64,000 nt of DNA from an uncultured delta proteobacterium (GCA_963760795.1 CAVXEP010000032.1:448001-512000), one strand, 5' to 3'; shown: positions 1-10,639, counted from the first letter of the stretch. A program made the numbers and translations. The notes: generated by a model not told the origin, from the sequence alone.

Positions 1-843
1 AACAGAGTGAATGGGCTCACCACCAATAATGGCGCCACCGGTACGATGGAAGCGCTAAGAACGGCGCGTGTTCCGATCGCAGCAGCGTTTAATGATCCTA
101 CTCGCGTGAACACGCGAAAGGTCGTGCTGCTGATCACGGACGGCAAACCGACCGTCATGAGACGAGACACTGATGCTCAATGTAAGCGAAACCCGAAGAC
201 CGGCGCCGTGGTGGCGGCATGGAATACCGGGAGTTTTCCAAACGGCTGTTTAATGGAGGCAAATGATGCCTCTGGGGGATATGCGAGCCGGGTACCTCTT
301 AGCTCCGTCGTACTGACCCCGGCTACTAATATCAATACTCCTAATATTTTCCTCGATACGATCTCCTGTTTTCGCGCTTTAGCGGGTTGTCAAGCTGGAT
401 CCAACGGCGTCATGTATGAGGCTGATCTGATAAGAAATTGTGGCGCGGGCAACGCCGCTTGCGCCGCCGCCGGAGCGCACGATGTCCTGGTCTTTGCAAT
501 TGGGATCGGCACGATTGTGGCAAGTCAACCGAATGCGAGCTTCGATAAATACGCCAAGTGTATGCTTTTGCGCGCAGCCAACGGAACCGATCTCTTGAAC
601 ACCGGGAATAATACCGTAGAGAGCATCAACACCGTTTGCACGCCTCCTCCGCCGTTGTTGATCGACTCCGATACTTACGCGGAACTGCGGACAGATTGGC
701 CCTGCGGCACCGGTCCCTGTATTAATAGCACTCAGGAAAAGGGCAAAGTCTACATCGTTGATCAAACCGGCAATGTCCAAGCCCAAATGCAGCAGGTCTT
801 CGCCGAGATCGCGGCGATTTTGAAACTTCGCCTCACGCTCTAA
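1..843 (+). CDS. vWA-domain, Cys-rich protein (TadG/pilus-tip-like), C-terminal part; begins before the window
   Basis: Open frame from the window edge; vWA-type segments VVLLITDGKPT and VLVFAIGIG, C-terminal QQVFAEIA...LRLT. Confidence 0.6.
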   Translation, partial: NRVNGLTTNNGATGTMEALRTARVPIAAAFNDPTRVNTRKVVLLITDGKPTVMRRDTDAQCKRNPKTGAVVAAWNTGSFPNGCLMEANDASGGYASRVPLSSVVLTPATNINTPNIFLDTISCFRALAGCQAGSNGVMYEADLIRNCGAGNAACAAAGAHDVLVFAIGIGTIVASQPNASFDKYAKCMLLRAANGTDLLNTGNNTVESINTVCTPPPPLLIDSDTYAELRTDWPCGTGPCINSTQEKGKVYIVDQTGNVQAQMQQVFAEIAAILKLRLTL

Positions 844-914
844 TCGATGCTTTTTGGCTTGGGGCTTTCGTTTTGGCGGCTTAAGCTTTCCTGGTCGAGG
901 CTTCCCCGTTTGCC

Positions 915-1097
915 TTGGCTAGTCGGCGCGCGACCTTCGATGGCTGGCGCAAAGCGTTTGAGAATGAAAGGCAAAACCTCGCGAACAGCGAATTCTGGCT
1001 GAAAGTTATACTCGCTACCTTCGCGCTATGCGCCGGAGTGGGTTTGACTACCTTTATGCTTTCCTACGGGAGCGCGTGGGGAGTCATTCGCCTGTAA
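915..1097 (+). CDS. small hypothetical membrane protein
   Basis: 60 aa ORF with one hydrophobic stretch; no recognised motif. Confidence 0.25.
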   Translation: MASRRATFDGWRKAFENERQNLANSEFWLKVILATFALCAGVGLTTFMLSYGSAWGVIRL

Positions 1098-1271
1098 GCC
1101 TCGCTTTTGCTGCTGGCGGTTCTAAGCCCGTATTTGCTCGCCTAGCCGGTTCGGCTACAAACATACTTCTCCTTTTTCTGGGGTTTTGCGGTTTTTTGTG
1201 GCATTTCGCACGAAACGATTTTTCTAAGTTATGTCTTTAGCCGAGTTGGGTGTCTTCCTTGTCCGCTTAGC

Positions 1272-1529
1272 GTCCCTCTCTACTGCAAGAGCAATTTTTC
1301 CTTTCTCGAAGGCGCGAGCCATCCGGATGAGTTGGTCGATGAAGCTTATCGGCTGGGTTTGCCAGCGATCGCGTTGACCGACCGAGACGGCGTCTACGGA
1401 GTCGTGTGCGCGCATGTGAAGGCGCGTGAGCTTGGCATGAAAGTCATCATCGGTTCGCAGGTTCGCCGAGGCCGGCACGGGGGTTTGGTAGTGCGCCGCT
1501 TACCTTCACTCGATCCCGAATTATTCTAA
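1272..1529 (+). pseudogene. truncated 5' fragment of dnaE2 (PHP-domain N-terminus)
   Basis: Frame reads [63 protein letters not shown], closely matching DnaE2 at 3304-3490, then diverges and stops; no start codon at the expected position. Confidence 0.85.
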
Positions 1530-1599
1530 CCTCGCCGCTTGTTTTGAAGTTGACCGGCGATTTGTTGGTCTCCGCGGAGAATTTCTAACGGGACTTCTT

Positions 1600-1943
1600 A
1601 TGAAATTTCTATCGACCTGTTTGATAACAATCGCAAATGGGCAGCCGAAATGAAGCGCAGGGATCTGGAATATTTCGAACATCTGAGCAAGATACAGAGG
1701 CTAGAATATCTCTGGAGCGGCTGCGCCGATAGCCGCGTACCGGCCAACGAGATCGTCGGCCTCGCGCCTGGCGAGCTCTTCGTGCACCGTAACATCGCTA
1801 ATCTCCCGCCGCAGTTCGACACCAATGTTCATTCGGTGCTGCAGTTTACGGTGGAGGCCCTTCATGTCAAACACATCATCGTTTGTGGCCATTACAGTTG
1901 CGGCGGAGTGTTCGCCGTGCTGCGCGCTGGTCCGGGACGTTAG
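1600..1943 (+). pseudogene. can: truncated beta-class carbonic anhydrase
   Basis: GCADSRVPANEIVGLAPGELFVHRNIAN and HIIVCGHYSCGGV zinc motifs; frameshift near the ATG at 1600; stops about halfway through the normal length. Confidence 0.85.
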
Positions 1944-2290
1944 TGTCCTGTCCCAGAGAGATTTGCAACAAAACTCATTTGCCATTCTGGGTGAGCAAGT
2001 GAAAACTAGCTCGACCCGCAATCCAGGAATTTTAAAAACTTCTGGATGCCGGAATTCAACGGCATGACGGTAAGGGTGATCATCGAGTTCCCGAACGAAT
2101 TTCTGAAACAGGACACCAAATCGTTAAGTAACGGAGCTATAATATCTGGTGTTTTCTATCCAGTGATCGATTGAGAAGTGAAAAAAGGGAGCAGCCTCGA
2201 TCGGCTGCTCCCTCTGTTAGGCCACTAAATAAACGTAGCTTGAGTTTAGGCAGACTTATTGCGGACACAGATCTGGTTGTCCTTCTGACA

Positions 2291-2996
2291 TCACCCAAAC
2301 TCTGGACTCTCCTTATCAAGTGGATTCGAGAAAAAAATATTGACTTCGTCACCATCGCTGAAGGTGTCTCCGTCCGTGTCAGGATTATTCGGATTGGTTC
2401 CCAAAAGAATCTCAACTGCGTCTGGTAGGCCGTCTCCGTCGCTGTCGACAATTGTATCTGTTGCCGCTTTAAAATTATCGGTTTTGGTCTGGCTTGGTAT
2501 AAACCGGAAATTTTCAGGCGACACATTGGGAGTAACCGGTGCCATCCAGACCTTGTATTCACCACCAGGATTGGGCGTGTCGTCGAATGGGTACAAACGA
2601 ACTGTCAAGGTAGGTTTATTACACTTTGTTCCGGTTGCAGTAGCGTGCGTGGTACCCAAATACGCGATAATATACCCGCCGGCGACCTGGACTTTTCGCT
2701 CGGTATATAGGATCCGAGGAAAGCAGCCACCGTCCCGATGGATCGGTTACCTGGAAGTAATATTCACCATCGGGTAGACCAGCGGCAGTACAGGGCGCTT
2801 TCGGAGAAACTGGTCCGCCATTGAGATACACGTCTTCTTTAACATCATAGATGTTATAATTCACCGCGCTGCCATCTTTCAAAGTGGTAAAAATCGCACC
2901 GGTGACCTGGGCCGCCATCGCACTTGAAGTTGCCAGCGACAGTGCCAAGGCAGCTATGCCTCCTCTAATTATTTTTCGCTGTCTAATTAATTCCAT
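2291..2996 (-). CDS. secreted protein with C-terminal thrombospondin type-3-like Ca-binding repeats (frameshifted near 2620-2710)
   Basis: Signal peptide (ALALSLATSSAMA-AQ), GAGGAG RBS before ATG at 2996; second frame has DSDGDGLPDAVEILLGTNPNNPDTDGDTFSDGDE. Confidence 0.7.
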
Positions 2997-3294
2997 TGAA
3001 AAATCTCCTCCTAATTTTACTGGATAGTTCCCAGTTGTCAGCAAGGTATATGCCGGGATTTTATGTGGAGATTTAAGATGTGAATTGGTAGTTCCATGAC
3101 AATTTCGGTAACTCTACGCACGTGCTTCGAGACATGATCGTAGCTGATTGTCACAACCGTCAATTCGTCACGGATTTGCAGGGAGATTTGCAGATATCGG
3201 AGCTTGAGCTGTCACTTGTCGCTGATTGTTTGATATTGTCGTAACTCGTCTGCGTCCGCCCTTCAGACGGGCAAAGTTTCTTGGTTATTGTTAG

Positions 3295-6200
3295 ATGTCC
3301 TACGCTCCCCTTTGGTGTAAAAGTAATTTCTCCTTCCTCGAAGGCGCGAGCCATCCGGATGAGTTGGTCGATGAGGCGTTTCGGCAGGGTTTGCCGGCGT
3401 TGGCGTTGACCGACCGAGATGGGGTTTATGGCGCCGTGCGGGCGCATGTGAAGGCGCGCGAGGTGGGGCTGAAGCTGATTATCGGTTCGGAGATCTCGAT
3501 CGATGACGGCTCGACAATTGTTTTGCTGGCTCAGGATCGTGGCGGCTACGCCAATCTGTGCCGGTTGATTACCAAGGGACGGCGTAGGTCGGAGAAAGGC
3601 GAGAGTGCTGTCGGTTGGGATGAGGTGTGTGCGCATGCGGCGGGGGTGAATGCGCTGTGGGGCGGTGGGGAGAGTTCAGCCGTCATACCCGCGAAAGCGG
3701 GCATCCAGACGAATGGCCACGCAGGAAAAAGAACAGACCTGGATTCCCGCGTGCGCGGGAATGACGGAAAAGAACGCGCCGTGGACAAGGTGATTTTGGA
3801 CAAAGTCACAGGCCTATTGCACGACGCATTCGGCGATCGGCTTTACGGTATGATCGCGCGCCATCGTTGTGAGGAGGAGGTAGCGCTGGAAGGGGATTGG
3901 CGCGAGCGCATGGAGCGCTTCGGTATTCCCTCGGTCGCGGCCAACGAAGTGCTCTATCATAATCCGTCGCGGCGCCGTTTGCAGGATGTCTTGACGGCGA
4001 TTCGCCATGGCATTCCGGTTGCCGGCTGTGGGCGAAAATTAAAACCCAACGCCGAGTTTGCTTTAAAGCCGCCTTACGCTTTCGCCAGGCTTTTCGCTGA
4101 CGATCCGGCGGCGATGGAGAGAACCTTGGAGGTCGCCGAGCGCTGCAACTTCTCTCTCGCAGACATTCACTATCGCTATCCATCGGAACAGTTGCCCGGT
4201 GGCATGACTTCGGCGGAGTGGTTGCGCCGACAAGTGTTTGACGGCGCGCGCGGGCGTTACGGTGTGAGCCTGCCGGAAACCGTGGCAGTGCAGCTGAAAA
4301 AAGAGCTGGAGATCATCGAAGCCCTCGACTATCCCGGCTACTTCCTCACCATGTGGGAGATCGTCGAGTTCTGCCGGGCCAACGGCATACTTTGCCAGGG
4401 ACGCGGCTCGGCGGCGAATTCGGTTGTCTGTTATTGCCTCGGGATTACGGCTATCGATCCGGTGCGCATGGATTTGCTCTTCGAGCGCTTCATTTCCATG
4501 GAGCGCGCCGAACCGCCGGACATCGATCTCGACATCCAGCATGGCCGGCGCGAGGAAGTGATCCAGCATGTCTATCAAAAATATGGCCGCGACCGCGCCG
4601 CCATGGTTGCCAACGTGGTGCGCTACCGGTCGCGCTCGGCGCTACGCGATGTCGGCAAGGCTTTGGGCATTTCCGAGACGGCATTGGACCGGGTGGCGAA
4701 GTTTTTATCGTCCTACGAAAACGTCCGGCCGGAAATGTTGGCGTCGTTGGGCGTCGACCCCGCCACCGGGTCGCACGAGCATCTACTGCAGCTGGCCAAC
4801 GAGATTCTCGATTTCCCGCGCCATCTATCGATCCATCCTGGCGGTTTTCTTCTCGGCCATGAACCGGTGCACGACATGGTGCCGATCGAAAACGCCACGA
4901 TGGCCGAGCGCACGGTGATCCAGTGGGACAAAGAAGATGTCGAAGCTCTCGGCCTGTTTAAAGTCGATCTGCTCGGCCTGGGCGGACTGACTCAGCTCGA
5001 TCTTTGCTTCAAGCTCCTGCGCGAGCAGCGCGGCGTCGAGCTGTCGATGGCGACGATCCCGGCGCGCGATGAAGCGACCTTCGACATGATCTGTAAAGGC
5101 GATACGGTGGGCGTGTTTCAAATCGAAAGCCGCGCCCAGATGGCGATGTTGCCGCGGCTCAGGCCGCGTAACTTCTACGATCTGGTGATCGAGATCAGCA
5201 TCGTTCGCCCTGGGCCGATCACCGGCGGTATGGTGCATCCCTATCTGCGCCGGCGCCAAGGCAAGGAGAACGTGGAGTATCCCCATCCGTCGCTGGAGCC
5301 GGTGCTGGAAAAAACCCTCGGCGTGCCGCTGTTTCAAGAACAGGTGATGCGCTTGGCGATGATCGCCGCCGATTACACACCCGGCGAAGCGGACCAGTTG
5401 CGCCGCGACATGGCGGCTTGGCATCGCACCGGACGGATGGAGCGCCACCGCGAACGCTTGATCACGCGCATGCAGGCGAAAGGCATCGCCGCCGAGTTCG
5501 CCGAGCGGGTCTTCGAGCAGATTCGCGGCTTCGGTGAGTATGGCTTTCCGGAAAGTCACGCGGCGAGCTTCGCGCTGATCGCTTACGCGACCGCTTGGTT
5601 GAAGTGCCACTACCATGCCGAATACTCTGCTCGTTGCTCAACGCCCAGCCGATGGGCTTTTACACGCCGGCGACCATTGTCGAGGACGCTAAGCGGCATG
5701 ATGTTGCGGTTCGCTCCATCGACGTTCAAACCAGCGACTGGGATTGCACGCTGGAGCGTTGCGGTGAAAGCGCTGGGGGCTTCGCCGTGCGCATGGGGTT
5801 GCGCTATGTCAAAAGTTTGGGCTGAAGCAGATTGGCAGAGAGTCGAAGCGGTGCGGCAGGTGAAGCCGTTCGTCTCGTTGACGGATTTCGTTCGGCGGAC
5901 CGGACTCGACGAGGGGAGTTTATGTGCGCTAGCGGAGGCTGGCGCTTTCGATTGTTTAACTGTGGCTCGGCGCAACGCTCTTTGGGATGTGCGTCGCCTG
6001 GTTCAAGCCCGAGAACAGTCGTTGACGATGTCGGTAGACGAAGTCAATCCCGGCTTCGCGCCACTAACTGACTTCGAAGAAGTCGGCTGGGATTATCGGC
6101 GTACGGCCCATAGCGCACGGCGCCATCCGCTGGAGCCGTTGCGTGAAGATTTAAATCGCCAGGGTCTGCCGGACGCCGGCACTGTGGCAACGATGAAAAA

Positions 6201-6486
6201 TGGTGAAAAGATTCGCTACGCTGGTTTGGTGATCTGCCGGCAACGGCCTGGAACGGCGGGCGGCGTCGTTTTCATGACACTCGAAGATGAAACCGGTTTC
6301 GTCAATGTCGTCATCTGGGAAAGCGTGTTCCAACGCTACGCGGTATTAGCCAAAACGGTGAGCTTTCTCGGCATCAGCGGTAAATTGCAAGCGGAAGACG
6401 GCGTAGTGCATCTCGTCGCTGAACGCCTCTGGGAGCCGAGAGTAGAGCTGAAGCCGGCGAGTACACGCAGCCGAGATTTTCATTAA
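3295..6486 (+). CDS. dnaE2: error-prone DNA polymerase III alpha subunit DnaE2 (ImuC)
   Basis: [43 protein letters not shown]-terminal SRDFH; compensating frameshifts near 5625-5820, where the true frame reads [10 protein letters not shown]... Confidence 0.95.
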   Translation: MSYAPLWCKSNFSFLEGASHPDELVDEAFRQGLPALALTDRDGVYGAVRAHVKAREVGLKLIIGSEISIDDGSTIVLLAQDRGGYANLCRLITKGRRRSEKGESAVGWDEVCAHAAGVNALWGGGESSAVIPAKAGIQTNGHAGKRTDLDSRVRGNDGKERAVDKVILDKVTGLLHDAFGDRLYGMIARHRCEEEVALEGDWRERMERFGIPSVAANEVLYHNPSRRRLQDVLTAIRHGIPVAGCGRKLKPNAEFALKPPYAFARLFADDPAAMERTLEVAERCNFSLADIHYRYPSEQLPGGMTSAEWLRRQVFDGARGRYGVSLPETVAVQLKKELEIIEALDYPGYFLTMWEIVEFCRANGILCQGRGSAANSVVCYCLGITAIDPVRMDLLFERFISMERAEPPDIDLDIQHGRREEVIQHVYQKYGRDRAAMVANVVRYRSRSALRDVGKALGISETALDRVAKFLSSYENVRPEMLASLGVDPATGSHEHLLQLANEILDFPRHLSIHPGGFLLGHEPVHDMVPIENATMAERTVIQWDKEDVEALGLFKVDLLGLGGLTQLDLCFKLLREQRGVELSMATIPARDEATFDMICKGDTVGVFQIESRAQMAMLPRLRPRNFYDLVIEISIVRPGPITGGMVHPYLRRRQGKENVEYPHPSLEPVLEKTLGVPLFQEQVMRLAMIAADYTPGEADQLRRDMAAWHRTGRMERHRERLITRMQAKGIAAEFAERVFEQIRGFGEYGFPESHAASFALIAYATAWLKCHYHAEYSARCSTPSRWAFTRRRPLSRTLSGMMLRFAPSTFKPATGIARWSVAVKALGASPCAWGCAMSKVWAEADWQRVEAVRQVKPFVSLTDFVRRTGLDEGSLCALAEAGAFDCLTVARRNALWDVRRLVQAREQSLTMSVDEVNPGFAPLTDFEEVGWDYRRTAHSARRHPLEPLREDLNRQGLPDAGTVATMKNGEKIRYAGLVICRQRPGTAGGVVFMTLEDETGFVNVVIWESVFQRYAVLAKTVSFLGISGKLQAEDGVVHLVAERLWEPRVELKPASTRSRDFH
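3680..3767. repeat. dRS3/RPE-like palindromic element inserted in frame in dnaE2
   Basis: CCGTCATACCCGCGAAAGCGGGCATCCAG...CTGGATTCCCGCGTGCGCGGGAATGACGG; right arm is exactly ATTCCC-N8-GGGAAT (3743-3762); encodes VIPAKAGIQ...LDSRVRGND. Confidence 0.85.
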
Positions 6487-6491
6487 GAAAA

Positions 6492-6523
6492 TTAGCCGCA
6501 AAGAGCGTAAAGGGCGCAAAAAG
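6492..6523 (+). repeat. single-arm 9-mer tandem repeat (CGCAAAGAG-like); related copy at 10651-10679
   Basis: TAGCCGCAAAGAGCGTAAAGGGCGCAAAAAGA versus TAGCCGCAAAGAACGCAGGGAACTCAAAG, both just after + strand stop codons. Confidence 0.5.
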
Positions 6524-6538
6524 AATCGAAATTTGTCT

Positions 6539-6559
6539 GGGCGGGTTTGAAACCCGCCC
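6539..6559. repeat. REP-like hairpin between convergent genes
   Basis: GGGCGGGTTTGAAACCCGCCC perfect inverted repeat. Confidence 0.65.
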
Positions 6560-6577
6560 TCTTGGCATATGCCAAAT

Positions 6578-7672
6578 CTACGCAACCGCCTTCTTTTCGC
6601 TCTTCTCGATTCGCGCATTCAGCCGCGGATAAAACCGCAGCGGATTGTCCCAGAAAATTTTACGCTTCAGCTCGTCGCTGATATCTTTGCGATTGATCAA
6701 GTTCGGGATGTCGTGGCTGAAGTCGCGTTGGTCGCGTTCGTGCGGGTAGTCGGAGGCCCAGATGAGCGCGTTGTCGTTGGCGACTTGCGCGGCCAGCGGC
6801 AACGCCGACTCTTCGACTTCGACGGCGAAGTAGATGTTGCCTTTCTTGACGTACTCGCTTGGCTTTAACTTGCAGCGCGGCGAGTAGTGGCCTTTGCGTT
6901 CCTGTTCTTCATCCATGCGGTCCATCATGTAGGGCACCCAGCCGACGCCGCACTCGATGCAGCCGAACTTGAAGGTGGGGAACAATTCAAAAACCCCTTC
7001 GAACATCAACGCGGTGAACTGGCGAATCTGCGCGAAGGGATGTTCGAGTGTGTGGCCGATGGTAAAGTTGTTGACCGCATCCAGGCCGAGGGACGGCATG
7101 CTGAGGCCGCCGTGGGTGGACACCGGCACGTCGAGTTTCTGCGCTTCTTCCCAGAGCGGATAAAACTCCGGTCCGCTGTAGAGTCGTCCGCCCGGCGCTA
7201 CCGCCGGCAGCACGGCACCGACCATGCCCAGTTCGGTTACGGCGCGGCGCAATTCTTTTACTGCTTCGCCAATATCCTGGATCGGTAGCAGTGCGACGCC
7301 GACTAACCGCGGGCTTACCGCCATGAACTTGTTGTAAAGCCAATCGTTGTAGGCCCTGGCCATGCAGATCGCCCAGTCATGGTCCTGAATCGCTCCATGG
7401 GTCAGCCCCTGAGTCGGATAAAGCACCGTGAGTTCGATCTTGTTGATGTCGAGGAAGCGCAGCCAGTCTTGAGCGTTTGGCCCGGTGCCGCCGCCAGCCC
7501 AGCCGCCTTTCTTGCGCAGCGAGCGGAGAAAGCCGTCCATGGTTAGACCAGGCCAAAAGGAATAGCTGTGATGCCATTCGAGATCGTTATAGGGCGCGCC
7601 AATAAACTCGCGCAGTTCGGAATCAAGCTCCATCACATGCCCGTCGGCGTCGATGATTCGGTAATCGGCCAT
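6578..7672 (-). CDS. amidohydrolase family protein (Amidohydro_2)
   Basis: IIDADGHV, LYPT, ECGVGWVP, WASDYPH motifs. Confidence 0.85.
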   Translation of the reverse strand: MADYRIIDADGHVMELDSELREFIGAPYNDLEWHHSYSFWPGLTMDGFLRSLRKKGGWAGGGTGPNAQDWLRFLDINKIELTVLYPTQGLTHGAIQDHDWAICMARAYNDWLYNKFMAVSPRLVGVALLPIQDIGEAVKELRRAVTELGMVGAVLPAVAPGGRLYSGPEFYPLWEEAQKLDVPVSTHGGLSMPSLGLDAVNNFTIGHTLEHPFAQIRQFTALMFEGVFELFPTFKFGCIECGVGWVPYMMDRMDEEQERKGHYSPRCKLKPSEYVKKGNIYFAVEVEESALPLAAQVANDNALIWASDYPHERDQRDFSHDIPNLINRKDISDELKRKIFWDNPLRFYPRLNARIEKSEKKAVA

Positions 7673-7730
7673 AGTTTCCTCCAATTGCGCTCGGTGCGTT
7701 AAATAACTAGGTGGGCTATTCGCTCTGGGT

Positions 7731-7785
7731 CGAAGGTGGAGGATGGATGATCGAATGCGATCCTCTATCTTCCATCATCAATCTT
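7731..7785. repeat. palindrome of 7-mer tandem units (GAGGATG / CATCCTC-like)
   Basis: GAAGGTG GAGGATG GATGATC ... GATCCTC TATCTTC CATCATC. Confidence 0.55.
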
Positions 7786-7788
7786 TTG

Positions 7789-8749
7789 TCAGGTGCTCCT
7801 GGTATTTTCCGTAAACAATTCTTCCACGGTCAAATTCCGCCCCAACATCCCTTGCTGGCCGGCGAACTTGATCAAATTCTCCACGTCGTTATGGTTTTCT
7901 TTCAGGCCCTGATAGAATGGATCCTTGCCGAAAAACTTTCGTTCTTCTTCCAAATACGACCGGCCCCAGGCGAAGCTCAAGCCGGTGCGGCTGTTCCATG
8001 AAGTCGTTGTAGGCTTTGCGCGATGCGAGCAGAGCCTCGTAAAGACTCGTTGCCACCCATGGGTCGCGGTCGAGGATTTCTTTTTTGATCACCACCGGGT
8101 GCATGATCGGGAAGATGCCGGTCTTTTTGTAATAGGCGCGTTCTTCGTTCTCGAATTCCGGGAACAACCGCTCGACGGTGCCATCGCCGCGAATCCAACG
8201 CTGCGGCAAGTCGGGCTCGACTTCGGCATCGACCTTGCCTTCGACGAGTAAGTCTTCAAGCTTGCGTTTACCTTCGACGAATTCCACCTTGATATGCGGC
8301 GGCAGCTTGAAGCCGACATGCTCTTTGTTGACGATCACCCAAGTAACATCGCCGACGCCGAGATCGTAGCTGTTCATCAACATGCCTTTGCTGACCAGAG
8401 CCAAAGTGTTTTCATAACTGCGCAGACCGATGCGGCCGCCTTTCAGATCAGACGGCTTTTTGATGCCTGAACCGGCCTTGATGAAGCAAAACTTATGACC
8501 CCACATGCGCCGGGGAAAAAACGGGATCGCATGCAGCCAGTCGATGTCTTGGCCGCGCGCGACCAAATAGGACGACATGGAAAACTCGCAGGCGTCATAC
8601 TCGCCGTAGTGGAACATCCGTTCATGGCGGATGCCGCTCTCGACGGTGATGACGTTTAAGTCGAGGCCTTGAGCTTCGATCTGACCGTCGCGCAAAGGTT
8701 GCAGATAATCGTACTTGTCGAAAGCGATGGTAAGTTTCAGTTTAGCCAT
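7789..8749 (-). CDS. 4,5-dihydroxyphthalate decarboxylase-like / PhnD-SsuA-fold protein (frameshift near 7975)
   Basis: LTIAFDKYDYLQPLRDG, DACEFSMSSY, TGIFPIMHPVVIK; C-terminus continues in ORF 7789..7980. Confidence 0.75.
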
Positions 8750-8992
8750 AGATCAGCCTCTTTCTCAGGATTCTTCCGCGGACGCGATCAATCATACCGT
8801 CTGTTCCAGTTCTTTGACCAAATCCATACCGGCAAATCTCCGAGGGTTCAATTCTACAATGCCGGGCCTGGAGTGATCGAGATCTCACGGGTATACCGTT
8901 GCCCGACACTACGCCAAACGAGCGGGCATGTGGACGATCATAAAAGTCAGCGGCGATGCTGTCAATCAATCGGCGTATTGCCGTTGATTTCG

Positions 8993-9029
8993 TTGACACA
9001 CCTGGGACTGGGTGTTAAGTGACACTTAA
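8993..9029 (+). promoter_or_regulatory. candidate sigma70 promoter with overlapping operator palindrome
   Basis: TTGACA 8993-8998, 17 bp spacer, TGnTAAGTG; perfect inverted repeat TTAAGTG-A-CACTTAA 9015-9029 upstream of the SDR RBS. Confidence 0.5.
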
Positions 9030-9050
9030 ACTTAATTAAAGGAGAACTTT

Positions 9051-9797
9051 ATGCGCTTTGATGGAAAGTCGGTGATCATTACGGGCGGCGGCGGCAAGAT
9101 CGGCAAAGCCTATGCAATGGGATTCGCCAAAGAAGGCGCGAAAGTGGCGTTACCGGATATCGCGAGCGCCGATCACGTCGTCAAAGCGATTCAGGACATG
9201 GGCGGCACGGCGATCAGCATGGCCTGCGATGTTTCCGACGAGAAGAGCGTTAAGGCGATGGTCGACAGCGTCGCCAAACAGTTCGGCAGCGTCGATGTCC
9301 TGGTCAATAATGCCGCATATTTTATGACCGTCAAAAAAAGCCCATTCTGGGAGATGGAAGTCGATGAGTTCGACAAGGCGATGGCGGTCAACGTGCGTGG
9401 CTCGTGGCTTTGTGCCAAGGCGGCTTTCCCGTACATGAAGCAGCAGGGTAAGGGCAAGATCATCAATATCTCATCCGGCACCGCGCTTAACGGCGGGCAG
9501 AACTACATCCACTACGTGACCTCGAAGGGCGCACTTATCGCCATGACAAGAGCGATGGCGAAAGAAGTCGGCGACTATAATATCTGCGTCAACACGGTTA
9601 GTCCCGGTTTCGTCGTCACCGAGGGGCGGGCAGTCGATCCTGCATTTAATGCCAGCCGCGTCGCCAACCGCGCTTTCAAGCGCGTCCAGGTCGAAAACGA
9701 TCTCGTCGGCACGGTGATGTTTTTGTCATCGCCGGAAAGTGACTTTATGACCGGCCAGCTGCTCAACGTCGACGGCGGTGCTCATTTTGTCGGATGA
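9051..9797 (+). CDS. SDR family oxidoreductase
   Basis: TGGGGKIG, NNAA, YVTSK, TGQLLNVDGG. Confidence 0.9.
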   Translation: MRFDGKSVIITGGGGKIGKAYAMGFAKEGAKVALPDIASADHVVKAIQDMGGTAISMACDVSDEKSVKAMVDSVAKQFGSVDVLVNNAAYFMTVKKSPFWEMEVDEFDKAMAVNVRGSWLCAKAAFPYMKQQGKGKIINISSGTALNGGQNYIHYVTSKGALIAMTRAMAKEVGDYNICVNTVSPGFVVTEGRAVDPAFNASRVANRAFKRVQVENDLVGTVMFLSSPESDFMTGQLLNVDGGAHFVG

Positions 9798-9803
9798 AGA
9801 ACA

Positions 9804-9874
9804 GTTAGGAGTAAAGAGAAGGAGTTAGGGGTTCCGATCCGAAACTCCTTACTGCTCACTCTTGACTCGCTTAC
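9804..9874. repeat. palindrome of 7-mer tandem units (GTTAGGA / TCCTTAC-like) with TCCG core
   Basis: GTTAGGA GTAAAGA GAAGGA GTTAGGG gttccgatccgaa ACTCCTT ACTGCTC ACTCTTG ACTCGCTTAC. Confidence 0.65.
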
Positions 9875-9889
9875 CTTCCTGGAGTTCCC

Positions 9890-10639
9890 ATGCGTTTCAA
9901 AGATAAGTCCGTAATTATCACCGGCGGTGGCGGCAAGATCGCCAAGGCATATGCTATGGCATTCGCCAAAGAAGGGGCGAAGTTGTCTCTGCCGGACATT
10001 GCCAGCGCGGATCAGATCGTCAAGACGATTAAAGGATCATGGGCGGCACGGCGATCACCATGGCCTGTGATGTGTCCAATCGAGCAGAGCGTCAAGGCGA
10101 TGGTGAGCGAAACGGTGAAGCAGTTCGGTACCGTCGACATTCTGGTCAACAACGCGGCCTATTTCATGAGTGTATGGAAAGGGCCGTTCTGGGAAATGAC
10201 TGTTGAAGAATTCGACAAGGCTATGGCGGTCAACGTGCGCGGCTCCTGGCTCTGCGCCAAAGCTGCAGCACCATACATGATGAAGCAAAAGAGCGGCAAG
10301 ATTATCAATATCTCCTCCAACGTCGCACTCACCGGCAATCCCAATTACATCCATTACGTCACGTCAAAAGGCGCGCTGATCGCCATGACCCGCGCGATGG
10401 CGAAAGAGTTGGGTGACTGGAACATCTGCGTCAACTCGGTGAGTCCTGGCTTCGTCGTCACCGAAGGACGGCAAGTTGACCCCGAGTATGAAAAGATCCG
10501 CGCCCAACAGCGTAGCCTGAAAAAGACCCAGGTGGAAAACGATTTAGTGGGGACCGTGCTGTTTCTGTCGTCGAGCGAGAGCGATTTTATGACCGGACAG
10601 TTGCTGAACGTTGATGGCGGGTTTCACTTCGTTGGATAA
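9890..10639 (+). CDS. SDR family oxidoreductase, tandem paralog of 9051..9797
   Basis: Same motifs and high similarity; short compensated frameshift near 10035-10080. Confidence 0.9.
   Translation: MRFKDKSVIITGGGGKIAKAYAMAFAKEGAKLSLPDIASADQIVKTIKGSWAARRSPWPVMCPIEQSVKAMVSETVKQFGTVDILVNNAAYFMSVWKGPFWEMTVEEFDKAMAVNVRGSWLCAKAAAPYMMKQKSGKIINISSNVALTGNPNYIHYVTSKGALIAMTRAMAKELGDWNICVNSVSPGFVVTEGRQVDPEYEKIRAQQRSLKKTQVENDLVGTVLFLSSSESDFMTGQLLNVDGGFHFVG

Noticed and set aside
1272-3295. Prophage or IS element at the dnaE2 duplication
   Set aside because: No integrase, transposase or terminal inverted repeats were seen; reported only as a possible scar.
4825-5616. Long antisense and alternate-frame ORFs, also 23062..23931, 60001..60942 and 62836..63714
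   Set aside because: They overlap well-supported genes, lack motifs, and are expected shadows in GC-rich DNA.
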